Shown piece by piece: positions 45,651-63,253 of a DNA stretch of 64,000 bases. The DNA lies in the NCBI RefSeq assembly GCF_009914755.1, contig NC_060927.1, one strand, 5' to 3'. The position numbers and the translations under genes were made by a program. The stretch comes from the human T2T-CHM13v2.0 reference genome, Homo sapiens. Every line of letters begins with the position of its first letter. Within the stretch, counting starts at the first letter, position 1. The notes beneath the pieces are model-generated. The model was given only the letters and a program-made list of their open reading frames with translations, did no database searches and had not been told where the DNA came from.

Positions 45651-46205
45651 ACCTAAAAGGGAGAAAAGTGAGACAACACAGGTGGGCCTTCCAGCCTCCA
45701 TATGTCGGGTGGAGGGTCAGGGGGAACTGCCAGGGCCTGGGCTTCCCTCAGCCTGAACCTTTCACCAGGGGACTCACTCTCTCCCGGAGCACCAAGCCTT
45801 CCTGGAACAGGAAGCTCTAGCCTCCTAACTGGAAGCTCCAGATGAATTCTAGGGTCATTTTCTTCTTAAATGGTCTTTTCAAAATATTTTCATCTTAACC
45901 AAGTATACTAAGTATACTTTACGTCCTGACCTAGTTCAGGGATGTGTGTGTATACTAACAATTTCATGGAACGTAAATAGTTATGTACAATAGTTTCTGA
46001 TATTTTCAATTCTTTTTATGTAATTAAATCTACTATATTCCTTAAGAAAATGCTGATTGCCATTCGAATTCATTTTGTAAGGAAAGCAGCAATGATGAAC
46101 CATAGCTTGAAAAACACAATCTTCAATTAAGAGAAGGATGGAGAATCTGATACAAAAGAAGACCAAAAAAATCACTCTTGCAAATTTTACACAAACATGA
46201 CCATG

Positions 46206-47045
46206 TGTGGTCAGCAGAATTGTCCCCCAAAGATGGCCCTGCCCTAATCCTTGGAACCCACAACTGTGTTTCATTATATGGAAAAAGGGACTTTGCAGAT
46301 GTAATTAAAATTATGGACCTTGAACTAGGAATATTATCCTGGATTATGCAAGTGGCCCAATCTAATCACTCGAGCCCTAAAAAGCAGAGAGCTTTCTCTG
46401 ACTGGCATCACAGAGATAGATGCAGCAGCAGGAGAAGTGAGAGAGATTCTAAGCATGAGAAGGAATCAACCCACTGTTGCTGGCTTGACAATGGAAAGGG
46501 CTTACTGGAAACTGTGTCAACAAAATGAGCTTGGAAGTGGATGTTCCCCAGAGCTCCCAATAAAAGCTGGAGGTAGACAAAACCTTGATGTTAATCTTGT
46601 GAGACCCTAAGCAGAGCCACACTTGCTGACTTAGGGACTTCAGTGGTATGAGATAATAAATGGGTGTTGTGGCTGGTTCAATGGTTCATACCTATAATCT
46701 CAACACTGGGAGGTGGGAGGATTGCTTGAGCCCAGGAGTTCCAGACCAGCTTGGGCAACACAGGGAGAACTCATCTCTACAAATAATAATAATAATAAGA
46801 AGAAGAATACAAATAAATTAGCTAGGTGTGGTGGCATCCACCTGTGGTCCTAGCTACTCAGGAGGCTGAGGTGGGAGAATCGCTTGAGCCTGGGGTGGTC
46901 AAGGCTGCAGTGAGCTGAGATTGTACCACTACGCTCCATCCAGCCTGGATGTCAGAGGGAGACCTCGTCTCTAAATAAATTAATAAATAAATAATAAATA
47001 AATGGGTGTTGTATCAAGCAGCCACACCTGTGGTCATTTGTAAGA
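46206..47045 (+). mobile_element. MLT1D-like MaLR LTR interrupted by AluJ (46671-46995)
   Basis: tgtggtcagcagaattgtcccccaaagatg...; Alu TSD aataaatgggtgttgt. Confidence 0.78.
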
Positions 47046-47059
47046 ATAAGTCATTTCCT

Positions 47060-47360
<301 letters not shown>

Positions 47361-47800
47361 TCATTCATTTCCCATTCTTACAAATGGCCACAAAAGGAAA
47401 CGCCTATGCCATGTGAACACGTTCTCAGAATAAGTACAGGAGGCAGCCTGCAAGTCTGGGCGACTCTTCCTACTTTCTTTCCGTCAAATTCCTTCACCTT
47501 CTTTAGAACAGACACAATGACTGTCAATCCTGAGAAACTTCAAGGTGCGCTACCTAGAATATCAACCAGCTCAACCAGAAGCTGATCCTGACACCTGTGT
47601 CCTACAGGAAGTTCTGATTTGCTCAGGTGGAGAGGATTTCCCCAGCATCCCCTGGTGGCCACAAGGCCATGGGGGAGTCAGCACAACCTGCAGAGATCCC
47701 CTGGTTCAGGGTGGGTGGAAACAGGGGGTTCGGGGGCTGAACAGTTAGAGGCTGGCCAGGAGCTAGGGAACTGGATAGGTATGAAGGGTTTGAAGCTTAC

Positions 47801-47850
47801 CTGTCGGAAGGTTCTGGGGTGGAGGAGTCTGTGGAGGGAGCTTCAGAGAG
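47801..47850 (-). other. C3orf86: Probable non-coding first exon of C3orf86 (5' end uncertain)
   Basis: Strong minus-strand donor GACAG|gtaagc at 47801/47800; resembles the first exon of the paralogue ending at 51997. Confidence 0.6.
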
Positions 47851-49310
47851 CAGGAGGGGCATTAGAAGGCTGGGGCCCCTGCAATCTAATCTTTGTTGTG
47901 TAATGCGTTTCCCGCCCTATCCCAGCCTAGCTTCTGCCTGGTGATCTCAGACCCCTGCAGGGCAGCTCCCCACTCACCCCTGCACCATCCTCGCTGTCAC
48001 AGTGCCTGATGCCCCAAAACTGGAAGTGTGCCTGCCATTGCCTTTCCCTGCCTGGTTTCCAGCAGTCCCATCACATGGCTCCAAAAAACAGCATCGGGGT
48101 TTTTTTCTAGAACCCAAATTTATAAACAAGGGGCAATGTCCTCTGACAAGGTTGGTTTGTGCTCAGTATAATGGTAGCCAGGGCTACCTGGATCAGGAAC
48201 ATCTTGTGATCCCCTCCCTACTCCCCTGGGTCTGGCTTGCTGGGCCTCACACCCTCTTCACACCCTGGTCTCCCTGAGAATTAGATGCAGCTCCCCATGT
48301 CACCAGCTGCTTACTGGGACTGCCCAGCCCAGGCCCACCTTGAATCCTCACCACGTTCCCCACTCTATGGACCCAGCGGCTGCTGTGTGTCCCATGGAGC
48401 CAGCCCATGGTGCTGGCAGAAGATGGAACAGTCGTCCTCCTGGGCTGGCCCCAGGTCACCCAAGCAGGCTTTTCTCCTCTCCTCACCTGCCTGATGGTGC
48501 CCACCCGATGTGGGGCAGTCCACAGGGCTGCTGGAGCTTAGTGAGAAATGAATCCCTTCCCAGCCCCCAGGGGCTTGCCCAGCAGCCTTTCCCCATTGGT
48601 GCTAGTAGCCTTGGGCCTTCCCAGAGACTGCTGCAGGCCTGTCCGTAGCATGAGGCCATTGCTAAGGTGAAGGAGAAGCCTCTGTCCCCTCTTCCCTCCC
48701 TGGCTCAGCTCACCTGCTCTGGCAGTGTGCTTGGTGAGGCCAGGTGTGCTTCCTCCCTTCCTCCCCAGGGCCTCTCCACCTCGGTCCACACAGGGGCAGT
48801 TTCCCCAGGAAACTCTAACTCATTCCATTACCTTCCCCCAGCTGATCTTGGAAACCCCCTTGCTGTGAATATTGGCAAGCTTAAGAGCTTATTGCCCCCA
48901 CCATGGCGTCCAGCTCTTGATCAGTGTGCTTTGAGGGCTTTGTCTTCCAAGCCTTGGACAACCCTGAATGCTGGTTAGTCTTTGGCTGGCTCCAAGACGC
49001 AGTGTCACACAAGTACCACCCTGTGGACACGCTGAAGTTCCCATGGAGTCTTTTCTATCGAAAACTCAGCCTCTTTCAGGCCAAACACCGGCTCCCTTCA
49101 TGTGCATAGCTTTCTAACTGGTACAATTTCCCCAAAGATAATTTAGAATTATAGTGATCACTTTGGGGAAACTCTGATATATACAAAACAAAAACAAAGC
49201 AAAATTCTGAATATCCAATGGTCTGCTGTCTTTAATTGGTATGAGGAGGCTCCTAAACACAATTTGGACTCAAAAAATGCTTCTCTAAAATATTCTTTAG
49301 CTATAACTAA

Positions 49311-49663
<353 letters not shown>

Positions 49664-49808
49664 AAGCATCTTTAAAATGTTGACATTTCCAATGCCCTTG
49701 CCACATTTTGTGAAAGGCTTCAGGTCCAAAACTGTCACTATGTTGGGTAAACAAAAATGTTGGCTGGCAAATCACTCTATTGCATAAACATCAATATTTG
49801 GCTAAACA

Positions 49809-50106
49809 TTTTTTTTTTTTTGAGATGGAGTCTCGCTCTGTCACCCAGGCTGGAGTGCAGTGGCGTGATCTCAGCTCACTGCAAGCTCTGCCTCCCCGGG
49901 TTCACACCATTCTCCTGCCTCAGCCTCCCAAGTAGCTGGGGTTACATGCGCCCGCCACCATGCCCGGCTAATTTTTTTTGTATTTTTAGCTAAGACAGGG
50001 CTTTACCATGTTACCCAGGATGGTCTTGATCTTCTGACCTCATGATCCACCGGCCTTGGCCTCCCAAAGTGCTGGGATTACAGGCATGAGCCACTGCACC
50101 TGGGCT
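49809..50106 (-). mobile_element. AluY-like
   Basis: Antisense dimer; TSD ttggctaaacatttt. Confidence 0.88.
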
Positions 50107-50781
50107 TGGCTAAACATTTTAAGGAGACTCTGGATATCAAGAATAAAAGACCCCTCATGAGGAAAATCTTTGTCTTGTTTGCCTAAATGACAGATCATTT
50201 TGTTTCACAGGGAGGCATCACTTCCTTCCTTTCCATAAGTTGGAGATTAATACATTCTGGCTTTTAAAAAATTGTATGGCTTGATAGAATTGTCACAAAC
50301 TGAAATTATGTCAAAACCAGATATAGGACACTCTCGTGTGTGTATTGTATATATGTCTAAACTTTCATCCCTCTTCTTACAGAGAAAAATGATTAGTTAT
50401 TTGTCTAAAGCAAGCTCCCTCTCATTTTTTTTCTATCCCATTTCCTCTCCTTTTCCCTCTTTTGAAAACTTAACAAAATGAAAGACTTAACAAAAATTAC
50501 ATTCAGCCGTTATGCATATATTCTAGGAATTTTTAGTTCAGGTAAAGTCTAAATTGTCTAAAGAAAAAAGTTATTGAACTATTTTTTATGGACACTAGAA
50601 AATGTATTTCCCTGATAACCTTTTAAACTAGCTATGACAAAAGAAAAGACGCCAACTTCAAAATAAAGGAAAATGTTAGCATGATTCACTCCTTATTAGT
50701 TTATTTTTTTAAAAAATGTTAGTACAATATTTTGGCTTATTCCAGACCAAAATTAGATTTCTTATAATTCAAACTTCCTAA

Positions 50782-51099
<318 letters not shown>

Positions 51100-51162
51100 C
51101 ACATTTATTTTGTAAATGAAATGTTTTCATCATTTCCATAACTTATTTAAAATAAAAAATTT

Positions 51163-51645
<483 letters not shown>

Positions 51646-51799
51646 TCAGAGTGCTTAGAGAACCCCAGGGGAGGAGCTCAGTGGGTGGAGTCTCCAGAGA
51701 TTTGCCTTGGAGGCTGTTGGGACAGCAGGAGTGAGTGCTGTGATTGGCTGGGACCTCGATGTCACAAAGGTCAGGGACAGCTGCCAGAGAATGAAGCAG

Positions 51800-53372
<1,573 letters not shown>

Positions 53373-53399
53373 CAGTGTTTCATTATTTGTGCTAACATG

Positions 53400-54090
53400 T
53401 GCTTTTCCCATTTTGGAGATGAAAAATATCATTAGAAATAAAAACTCAAGGGACAGATTAAACATCAGATAAGATGCAGTTAGCAGGCCGGGCGCAGTAA
53501 AGGTTGCAGTGAGCTGAGATCGCGCCACTCCAGCCTGGGCGACAGAGCAAAACTCCATCACCCACGCACAAAAAAGATAAGATGCAGGTAGCAGAGGGGC
53601 CAAGTGAACTCAAACAAGATCTGAAGTGCAATCTTCCTTAAGGAGTCCAGAGATGGGTGACAGGACATTTGAAGGAAAAGTTCCAACAGAGCACAGACAG
53701 GCTCTAGGAGATCACACAGGGAAAGGGGAGGCTACATCCAAGAGATAAAGCTGAGAATTTCCCAAAATTGATGGAAAACAGGAATTCTCAGAGTGAGGGA
53801 TGCCACTGAATCCCACAGAGGATAATTGAAAACATCCACACTTAGTTACATTGTAGCAAAAGCATGAAACACTGAAGATAAACCTTGAAAGCTGCTAGGG
53901 AAAATATCTGATGAATTGAAATTAAAAATGATAAAATTTAATGAAATAGTATCATTAACATACTGAAAAAAATCAGACATCTCAGATTTGTACGTTCAGC
54001 TAATTATTCAACAATTAGGGAACTATGAAGACTTTCAAGATAAAAAGTTTACCATGAGCAGACCTGGACTACAGGAATGTCTTGCTAAAG
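53400..54090 (+). mobile_element. Old L1M ORF1-region remnant containing an internally deleted Alu (53486-53574)
   Basis: gctgagaatttcccaaaattgatgg and aaagctgctaggg ORF1-like motifs. Confidence 0.55.
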
Positions 54091-54099
54091 AACGGTTTT

Positions 54100-54402
54100 G
54101 GTCTGGGCACTGTGGCTCATGCCTGTAATTCCAGCATTTTGGGAGGCCGAGACAGAAGCAACACTTGAGGCCAGGAGTTCAAACCAGCCTAGCAAGACCC
54201 CCATCTCTACATAAAAGTTTTTAAAAAATTAGCTGGGTGTGGTGTTACGCACCTGTAGCCCTAGCTATTCAGGAGGCTAAGGTGGGAGGATCACTTGAGG
54301 CTAGGAGTTTGAGGCTGCAGTGAGTTAGGATAGCACCACTGCACTTCAGCCAGGGCAACAGAGCAACACTCTGTCTCAAAAAAAAAAATAAAATAAAATA
54401 AA
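54100..54402 (+). mobile_element. AluJ
   Basis: Dimer. Confidence 0.85.
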
Positions 54403-54403
54403 G

Positions 54404-54506
54404 CAGTGTTCCTTAATCTTGGCACTCTTGACATTTGGGACTGGATAATTCCTTGTTGTTGCGACAGCACTGGGCAGTGTAGAATGTTTAGCAGTATCCC
54501 CGTCCT
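54404..54506 (+). mobile_element. MER20 DNA transposon fragment
   Basis: ggcactcttgacatttgggactggataattc...gaatgtttagcagtatccc. Confidence 0.7.
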
Positions 54507-55004
54507 CGAGATGGGGAGGCTGGCACCTCATGTAAAATGTTTGGCCAGGTTGCAGCCTGTGTTAGCTTGGAGGGTGGATCATAATTTGACCAAATCTGTG
54601 GCATTAGGAAAACGGCAAGAATCCAGAATGCTGGTTTTGTTGGCTCCTCCTTGGCTGCTTTTAACAAAGTCCTGTGAGAAAAGTGGTCTCTGGCTGGAGC
54701 TTGCCAGTGTGCAAGGAGAGCTAGAAGGATCCAGAGTGTTGTTAATGTAGGTAACCCCTGACTGGCCTGCCACACACAAACAGTTGAATAATTTGGTGCC
54801 TTGCAAGTTTGAAAAAAATCAGCCACTCATACACCCCAGCCAAGGCAGTTGTGAGCTGTGGCTCTGAAGAGGCAGTCTTTGTAGGAGATAGCCCTGGTGC
54901 TGCTAGCAAAGACAAGATTTTGGGTGTTGCTTCTCATAGCAAGCCTATGATATTAGTGAACATGGAGAGATCTGGCACAATCAAGCGTTGCTAAAAGGAA
55001 CTCA

Positions 55005-55463
<459 letters not shown>

Positions 55464-55748
55464 TCATCATACACAGAATACCATGATATAATGAAAATAC
55501 AGCATCATCACATGCAATGACATACATAAAACTGACAAACGTAATTTTGAGCAAAAAATGCAAGACAGACAATACTTTATTACTTCATTTCTATAAAGTA
55601 CAAAAACAGGCAAAAGTAAACCATATTTAAAGATGTCTATAACAGTGGTAAATACTGTGTAAAGGTTGTCGGCTACTTCTGACCTAAAGGGTGAAAACAA
55701 CCACAGACAATATGTAAATGAATGAATATATCTGAAGATTATATGAAA

Positions 55749-56038
55749 TTTATTTTTTATTTTTTATTTTTTTGAGACAGGGTCGCTCTGTCTTCTGGGC
55801 ACCATTTCAGCTCACAGCAACCTCTGCCTCCTGTGTTCAAGCTATTCTCCCATCTTAGCCTCCCAGCTGGGATTACAGGCATGAGCCACTGCACGTGGCT
55901 ACATGTTTTGTATTTTTAGTAGAGACGGGGTTTCACCATGTTGGCCAGGCTGGTCTCGAACTCCTGACCTCAAGTGATCCACCTGCCTCAGCCTCCCAAA
56001 GTGCTGAGATTACAGGCGTTGAGCCACCATGCCCAGCC
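55749..56038 (-). mobile_element. AluS
   Basis: Antisense dimer with deletions. Confidence 0.85.
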
Positions 56039-56099
56039 CTTGAAATTTAAATTTCAATGTCTCTAAATGAAGTTTTATTGGAACACATCTACACTCATT

Positions 56100-56108
56100 T
56101 GTGTGTGT

Positions 56109-56149
<41 letters not shown>
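56100..56149 (+). repeat. (TG)n microsatellite
   Basis: About 25 units with one interruption. Confidence 0.92.
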
Positions 56150-56150
<1 letters not shown>

Positions 56151-56595
56151 ATGGAGATAGAGAGAGAGGGATTTATGAATTTATGATAAGGAATTGGCTT
56201 ATAGAATTAAGGAGGCTGGCAAGTCCCAAATCTTCAGGGTGGATGAGCAGGCTGGAGAACCAGGAGAATACATATTCCAGTGAGAGCCCAGTGGCACCTG
56301 CTGTGGAGCAGGATTAGTAGATGGTGTGCATGAACTCTGAAGGCAGTCTGCGGAAGAATTCTCTCTTGCCTGAGAGAGAGTCTGGGGCAGCCAGACTTTA
56401 TGTTCTCCTCAGGTCTTCAGGTGATTGGATGAAGCCCACCCACAGATAGAGGGCAATCTGCTTTCCTCAAAGTCCACAAATTTAAACGTTAATCTCATCC
56501 AAAGCAACCTCACAGAAACACCCAGCATAATGTTTGATCAAATACCTGGGGACCTTGTGGCTCAGCCAAGTTGACACCTAAAATTTACCCTCACA
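56150..56595 (-). mobile_element. MLT2 (ERVL) LTR
   Basis: taaggaattggctt...ccaagttgacacctaaaatttaccctcaca. Confidence 0.75.
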
Positions 56596-56954
56596 CTCCA
56601 GTCCTCCAACATCCCAGCTTCCCTCTTACATCCCTGAATGGCAGAACCCAACAAGGAACCAGCTGGCGAAGCAGCATCGTGCCTGTTCTTTGTTGCCTGT
56701 GTTTTTCATTTTAAGTCGGTGGAGTTACAACCCATGGATTCCTTTGTGTCTGCTTCCTTTTCATTAAAATTCTGCTCATGGATTCATCCCTGCAGTAGGT
56801 TCATTTTCAGGTGGAAGTGTAGGAAGCACAGGAGATCACAGAAGACCTCAGCAGGCCAGCTTTGCAACATCCTAACAAGGAGACGGGAAACTGAAGTATC
56901 ACAGGAAGGAGATACTCTCCATCTCTCACCACCCAAAGCTTCCTGGGATGCTAA

Positions 56955-57242
<288 letters not shown>

Positions 57243-57903
57243 TAAGCCTCACTGTTCTTTTCATCTTTCCTGCTGAGACAGGAGATTGAGGATGTGGACA
57301 TTTTGTTGAGGAAAGAAATAGGACAGACAACTCAATGAAGTCTCAGAGAGCCATTCTAAGAACCCATGTTCTATTTCCAGAACCCACGTCAGGCCATTAC
57401 TGGGGGGTCTGATGGGGTTATGAGAGAAATGCCCAGGGAGGGAGACTGGAGAAGGTTCAGGGACCAAGTTCTGGCTTCTGCCCTTAGAGGAGCCGGACCT
57501 GCAGAGAGAGAGTGGGAAAGTGGAGAACCATCAGCTCACTTTCCCTCACGCCATGGCAAAAGCATCTCCATCAGGCAGGACTGGCTTCACAGGCAGGCAG
57601 CCTGGGCAGCCCTGCGGGGCCCCACACTTAGAATGGCCTCCGCCTGCTATCTTGCTCTGCTGTCAGGGTCTTGAAATTCTGAATGGTCTTGAACATCATG
57701 CACTGCACCTGGCAAAATAGCCGGTCCTGATCAGGTCTCAAGGCAGCCCTGGACTTTGGAAGGCAGCACTGACGCCCCACTGAGGAAAGGAATGGCTGCT
57801 GAGGACTGAGAACTAGAGCTGAGACTCCCAGGCAGCCCCTTTGGAAAACAGTTTGGCATTTCCCCAAAATGTTAAATGTGGAATTATGTGATTCAGAAAA
57901 TCA

Positions 57904-58262
<359 letters not shown>

Positions 58263-58289
58263 AGAGAAAGAAGTTTTGGAAACATTATT

Positions 58290-60720
58290 TGCCCTTAGCC
58301 ATGTTGTGGGTTTATTTCCTACACTGAGTCATATTATGTGTCTTCCAACATGTCTGGAGCAGTTGCTACTCCCTGTACACCAGGTCCAGTGACTATAATG
58401 TCATCAATATAATGGACCAGTGTGTCGTCCTGAGGGTGAAAAGGTTCTCAAAGGACCTGGGAACTAGATCATGAGCTGGGCGGCAGAGTTGAGGCAGCCT
58501 TGAGATAGGGTGGTGAAGGTGTATCTAGCTGAAAGCAAACTGTTCCTGATGGTCTTTACTCACAGGTATAGAGAAACATTCACCAGATGGGTAACTGGGC
58601 AGCCAAGGGGATAATCGGATCGGGTGTGCCACACTTCGCCTGCCCCGCTTGCTTTTGGTTGCTTGCTCTTTGTTATTTTTTCCCCCATGAAGCTGAAGGC
58701 CACGATAGCTGAAGGCTATGCTATTGAACACTGTAACTCAACTTTTACGTGCTACCTTATAGATAACATTTATAAGTCACCATAACAACCACTTATTTTT
58801 CAGGAACTTGGGGCAGATCCTGTCCAGTTCAAACCAGTTGAGACTGCCAACCCTTCAACTGGGCCTGTACACATGCCCAAGAGGTGGCCTTTTGACATCA
58901 GAGGGCCAAAAACTCCACCCTCAGATCATGTTAACGCCACCATTTTCTGCACATATGTCATATGAACCCCAATTATGACTGCATTTTTCCCCACTGCCAA
59001 TCACCTTTCCCCATGCCTCAGACCACCCTACTTCTCTAACCTATAAATCTCTCTAAGCCTCATCTTTGGGGAGGTGAATTTGAGAGCCATTCTCCCATCT
59101 CCTCACTGGACAGCCTTGTGAATAATTCTTCTCTCTTTTGCAAAACCCATGTCACAGTGATTGATTTACTGTGTGAGAACAGAACAAACCTGGGCCTGGC
59201 TCAGTAACAACTGCAAACCAGTTGTCAGACGTATCGTTTGCTCAGCACTGAAACCACATGTGGAAACAGCACCTGCACTTGGAATCACTAGTTAATTAAG
59301 TTTACAATTAATCCAATTGTCATTCTCCAAGATCCATCTGTCTTCTGCACAGGCTGAGTAGGTGAGCTAAGTGGAGATGTGTTCCCGTCTTTGATGGTGG
59401 CACTAATCTCAACAATCTCTCCAGGAATGTGGTATTAGTTTGCTTTAATATTTTTGTGAATGAGGCAGCTCTAGTGGCTTCTACTTGGCCTTTTCTACCA
59501 GAATTACTTTTACTGTATGGATCAGGGAACTAGTGTGGGATTCTGCCCATTGTTGACTATGTCTATTCTAATTACGCATTCTAGAACCAGGGAAATAACC
59601 ATAGGATGGGTTCAGGAATCTACTAGATCTACTGTGAGATGAATCTGAGCCAAAAAGCCCATTGATCACCTGACCTCCATACACTCTTACTCTGAGGAAC
59701 CATGGTGGCATTTTGAGTCTCCTGTAATTACTGCTAGTTCAGAACTAGAGGCTGGTTATCCCAGAAAAGTCTAATTATTTGCCCTTCCCAATGCACAATC
59801 ACTCTGATAAATGGCCTTGGGTGCCTTTGGGGAGGCCTAGGAAGATAAAAAGTATAAATTATTGTCAGTGCAGCAGGGTCCTACTTCAAAGGGACCTGGC
59901 CTATCCTTTATTCAAGAAGCTGTGGGTTTGTGAACTAGATCAAGACTTGGAATTGACTGAGTGATTGTAACTCTGTGTTGGTAATTTAGGTCAGACTTTA
60001 TTCACCAGATCTGGAGCTTTCCTACTTACTCGGATCAAGTAAAACTTTAGTAGGCAGCCCATCCATTTCAGTTCTCAGGACACTATGATCAGCAGGCAGA
60101 CATCACAGATCTCTGTGGGTCAGACCATTCAGGATCCTGCTTTGGCTGCACTGTCCATGGCAGTCACCACACCAATTGTGTTTTTGGTGACTAAGTGTTA
60201 CCATATGGTCCCTGCCTCCTCAGGATTCCATCAGCCCCACTGCACTTCAGGGAGCATTTCCCACTGTAATGTGGCCTGTATAGAATATCTGGCACTCTCT
60301 ACATGAATTTATTTCTCATAATGAAGTGTCCTCTGGACCCTCCCTGGGTGGGTGAGCAGGTATTTACATGATAAATACTCAAGCATTTTTATCTCCTTAA
60401 GCATTTACATATCTTCCTCTACAGTATACCAACGAAGTTCTCGCATTTCAACTCATTCAGTGCAGGTTATGTTTGCATTCGTGTTTTTTTTTTCTTTTGG
60501 AGATGAGTTCTCACTATATTGCCCAAGCCAGTCTCAAACTCCTGGCCTCAAGCAATCCTCCCACCTCAGCCTCCCAAGCTGGGATTACAGTGAGTCCATA
60601 TCTCAACAACTCACAAGCAAATGAAGACAGCCATTCTCAGCTTCTCAAGTTAAAACAATGAACCACAAATCTCTGCTTAATTATCCCATATCGAATAATT
60701 CAGCTTGATCTGACTTTATA
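58290..60720 (-). mobile_element. ERVL internal region (gag/pro/pol remnant)
   Basis: RT motifs TLVHYIDDII (YIDD at 58411-58400) and FSIPVSKDHQEQFAFS; interrupted by an LTR and an Alu monomer (~60480-60590). Confidence 0.8.
58596..59209 (+). mobile_element. Solo LTR, probably ERV1 class (subfamily unresolved), inserted in ERVL pol
   Basis: Interrupts collinear RT sequence; TATA-like ctataaa; ends ...cagtaaca; actg at both junctions. Confidence 0.6.
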
Positions 60721-60746
60721 TTCCTTCCACGATGATCCTGCACCCT

Positions 60747-61904
60747 TGTTACCGCAAAAGGTTCCCAATCCAGACCCCAAGAGAGGGTTCTTGGATCTCG
60801 CACAAGAAAGAATTCAGGGCGAGTCCGTAAAGAGAAAGCAAGTTTATTAAGTAAAGGAATAAAAGAATGGCTACTCCATAGACAGAGCAGCCCCGAGGGC
60901 TGCTGGTTGTCTATTTTATGGTTTCTTGATGATATGCTAAACAAGGGGTGGATTATTCATGCCTCCCCTCTCCAGGCCATATAGGGTAACTTCCTGATGT
61001 TGCCATGGCAACTGTAAACTGTCATGGCACTGGTGGGAGGGTAGCAGTGAGGATGACCAGAGGTCATTCTCATCACCGTCTTGGTTTTGGTGGGTTTTAG
61101 CTGGCTTCTTTACTGCAACCTGCTTTATCAGCAAGGTCTTTGTGGCCTGGATCTTGTGCCAATCTCCTATCTCATCCCGTGACTTAGAATGCCTTAACCG
61201 TCTGGGAATGCAGCCCAGTAGGTCTCAGCCTCATTTTGTTACAGGAAAGGGGTCCCGATCCAGACTCTTAAGAGAGTTCTTGGATCTCGTGCAAGAAAGG
61301 ATTCAGGGCAAGTCCGCAGTGCAAAGCAAAAACAAGTTTATTAAGAAAGTAAAGTGGTGAAAGGACAGCTACTCCATAGAGTAGGATGGAGTAACCTCTA
61401 ACCTGAGGTCAGTCAAGTGTCCTTGCCTTTTATTAAGAGGGGCCTCTAACTCACTCTGTCTTAGGAGAAACTCCAACTCCCCTAAGTTGGGCCTCTAACC
61501 CAATCCCATTTGTTACTCGGGTACCCCATCACTTACCCAAAGTCGTCCAATCAGTGCTGCAGTCTATTTCTTTGGGGTTGGGGGGATTTCTTCAGTATCA
61601 TCCTTTCTGTGGTTTGCCAGAAATATGTTACAGGACCCCAACACTTACGCAAAGGTAGCCGTTGGGTCAACGTTTCTGCACTATAGTCCCTTCTGTGGTC
61701 ACCAGAAATATGTTACAGGAAAGGGGTCCCAATTCAATCCTAGAGGGTAGGAATGCCTAACTTTCTGAGAATGCAGGCCAGTAAGTCTCAGCCTCATTTT
61801 CCCAGCCCTCACTCAAAATGGAGTCGCTCTGGTTCAAATACCTCTGACACTTTTACCCAGCCCCTATTCAACATGGAGTTGCTCTCGTTCCAATGCTTCT
61901 GACG
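60747..61904 (-). mobile_element. MER41 LTR (MER41A-like) with a nested deleted MER41-type provirus at 61237-61849
   Basis: MER41 termini in reverse (tgttac...gaccccaagagagggttcttgg; gagttgctct...ctgac) occur twice, one pair inside the other. Confidence 0.8.
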
Positions 61905-61997
61905 CTATCTCTACAGATTCCCCAGGTTTCTATAAAAATTGGCAAAATTATGCAATTTGGAGAGTACTGTATCTCCTCAGTCACATTTTGCACTTCA

Positions 61998-62434
<437 letters not shown>

Positions 62435-62467
62435 AAAAAAATAATTTTTTTAAAAGGACTCCAGGCA

Positions 62468-63253
<786 letters not shown>

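Noticed and set aside
45651-45701. ORF-track 17-aa N-terminal extension of C3orf86
   Set aside because: It crosses the polypyrimidine tract and acceptor AG, so it is intronic; the paralogue supports the ATG at 45650.
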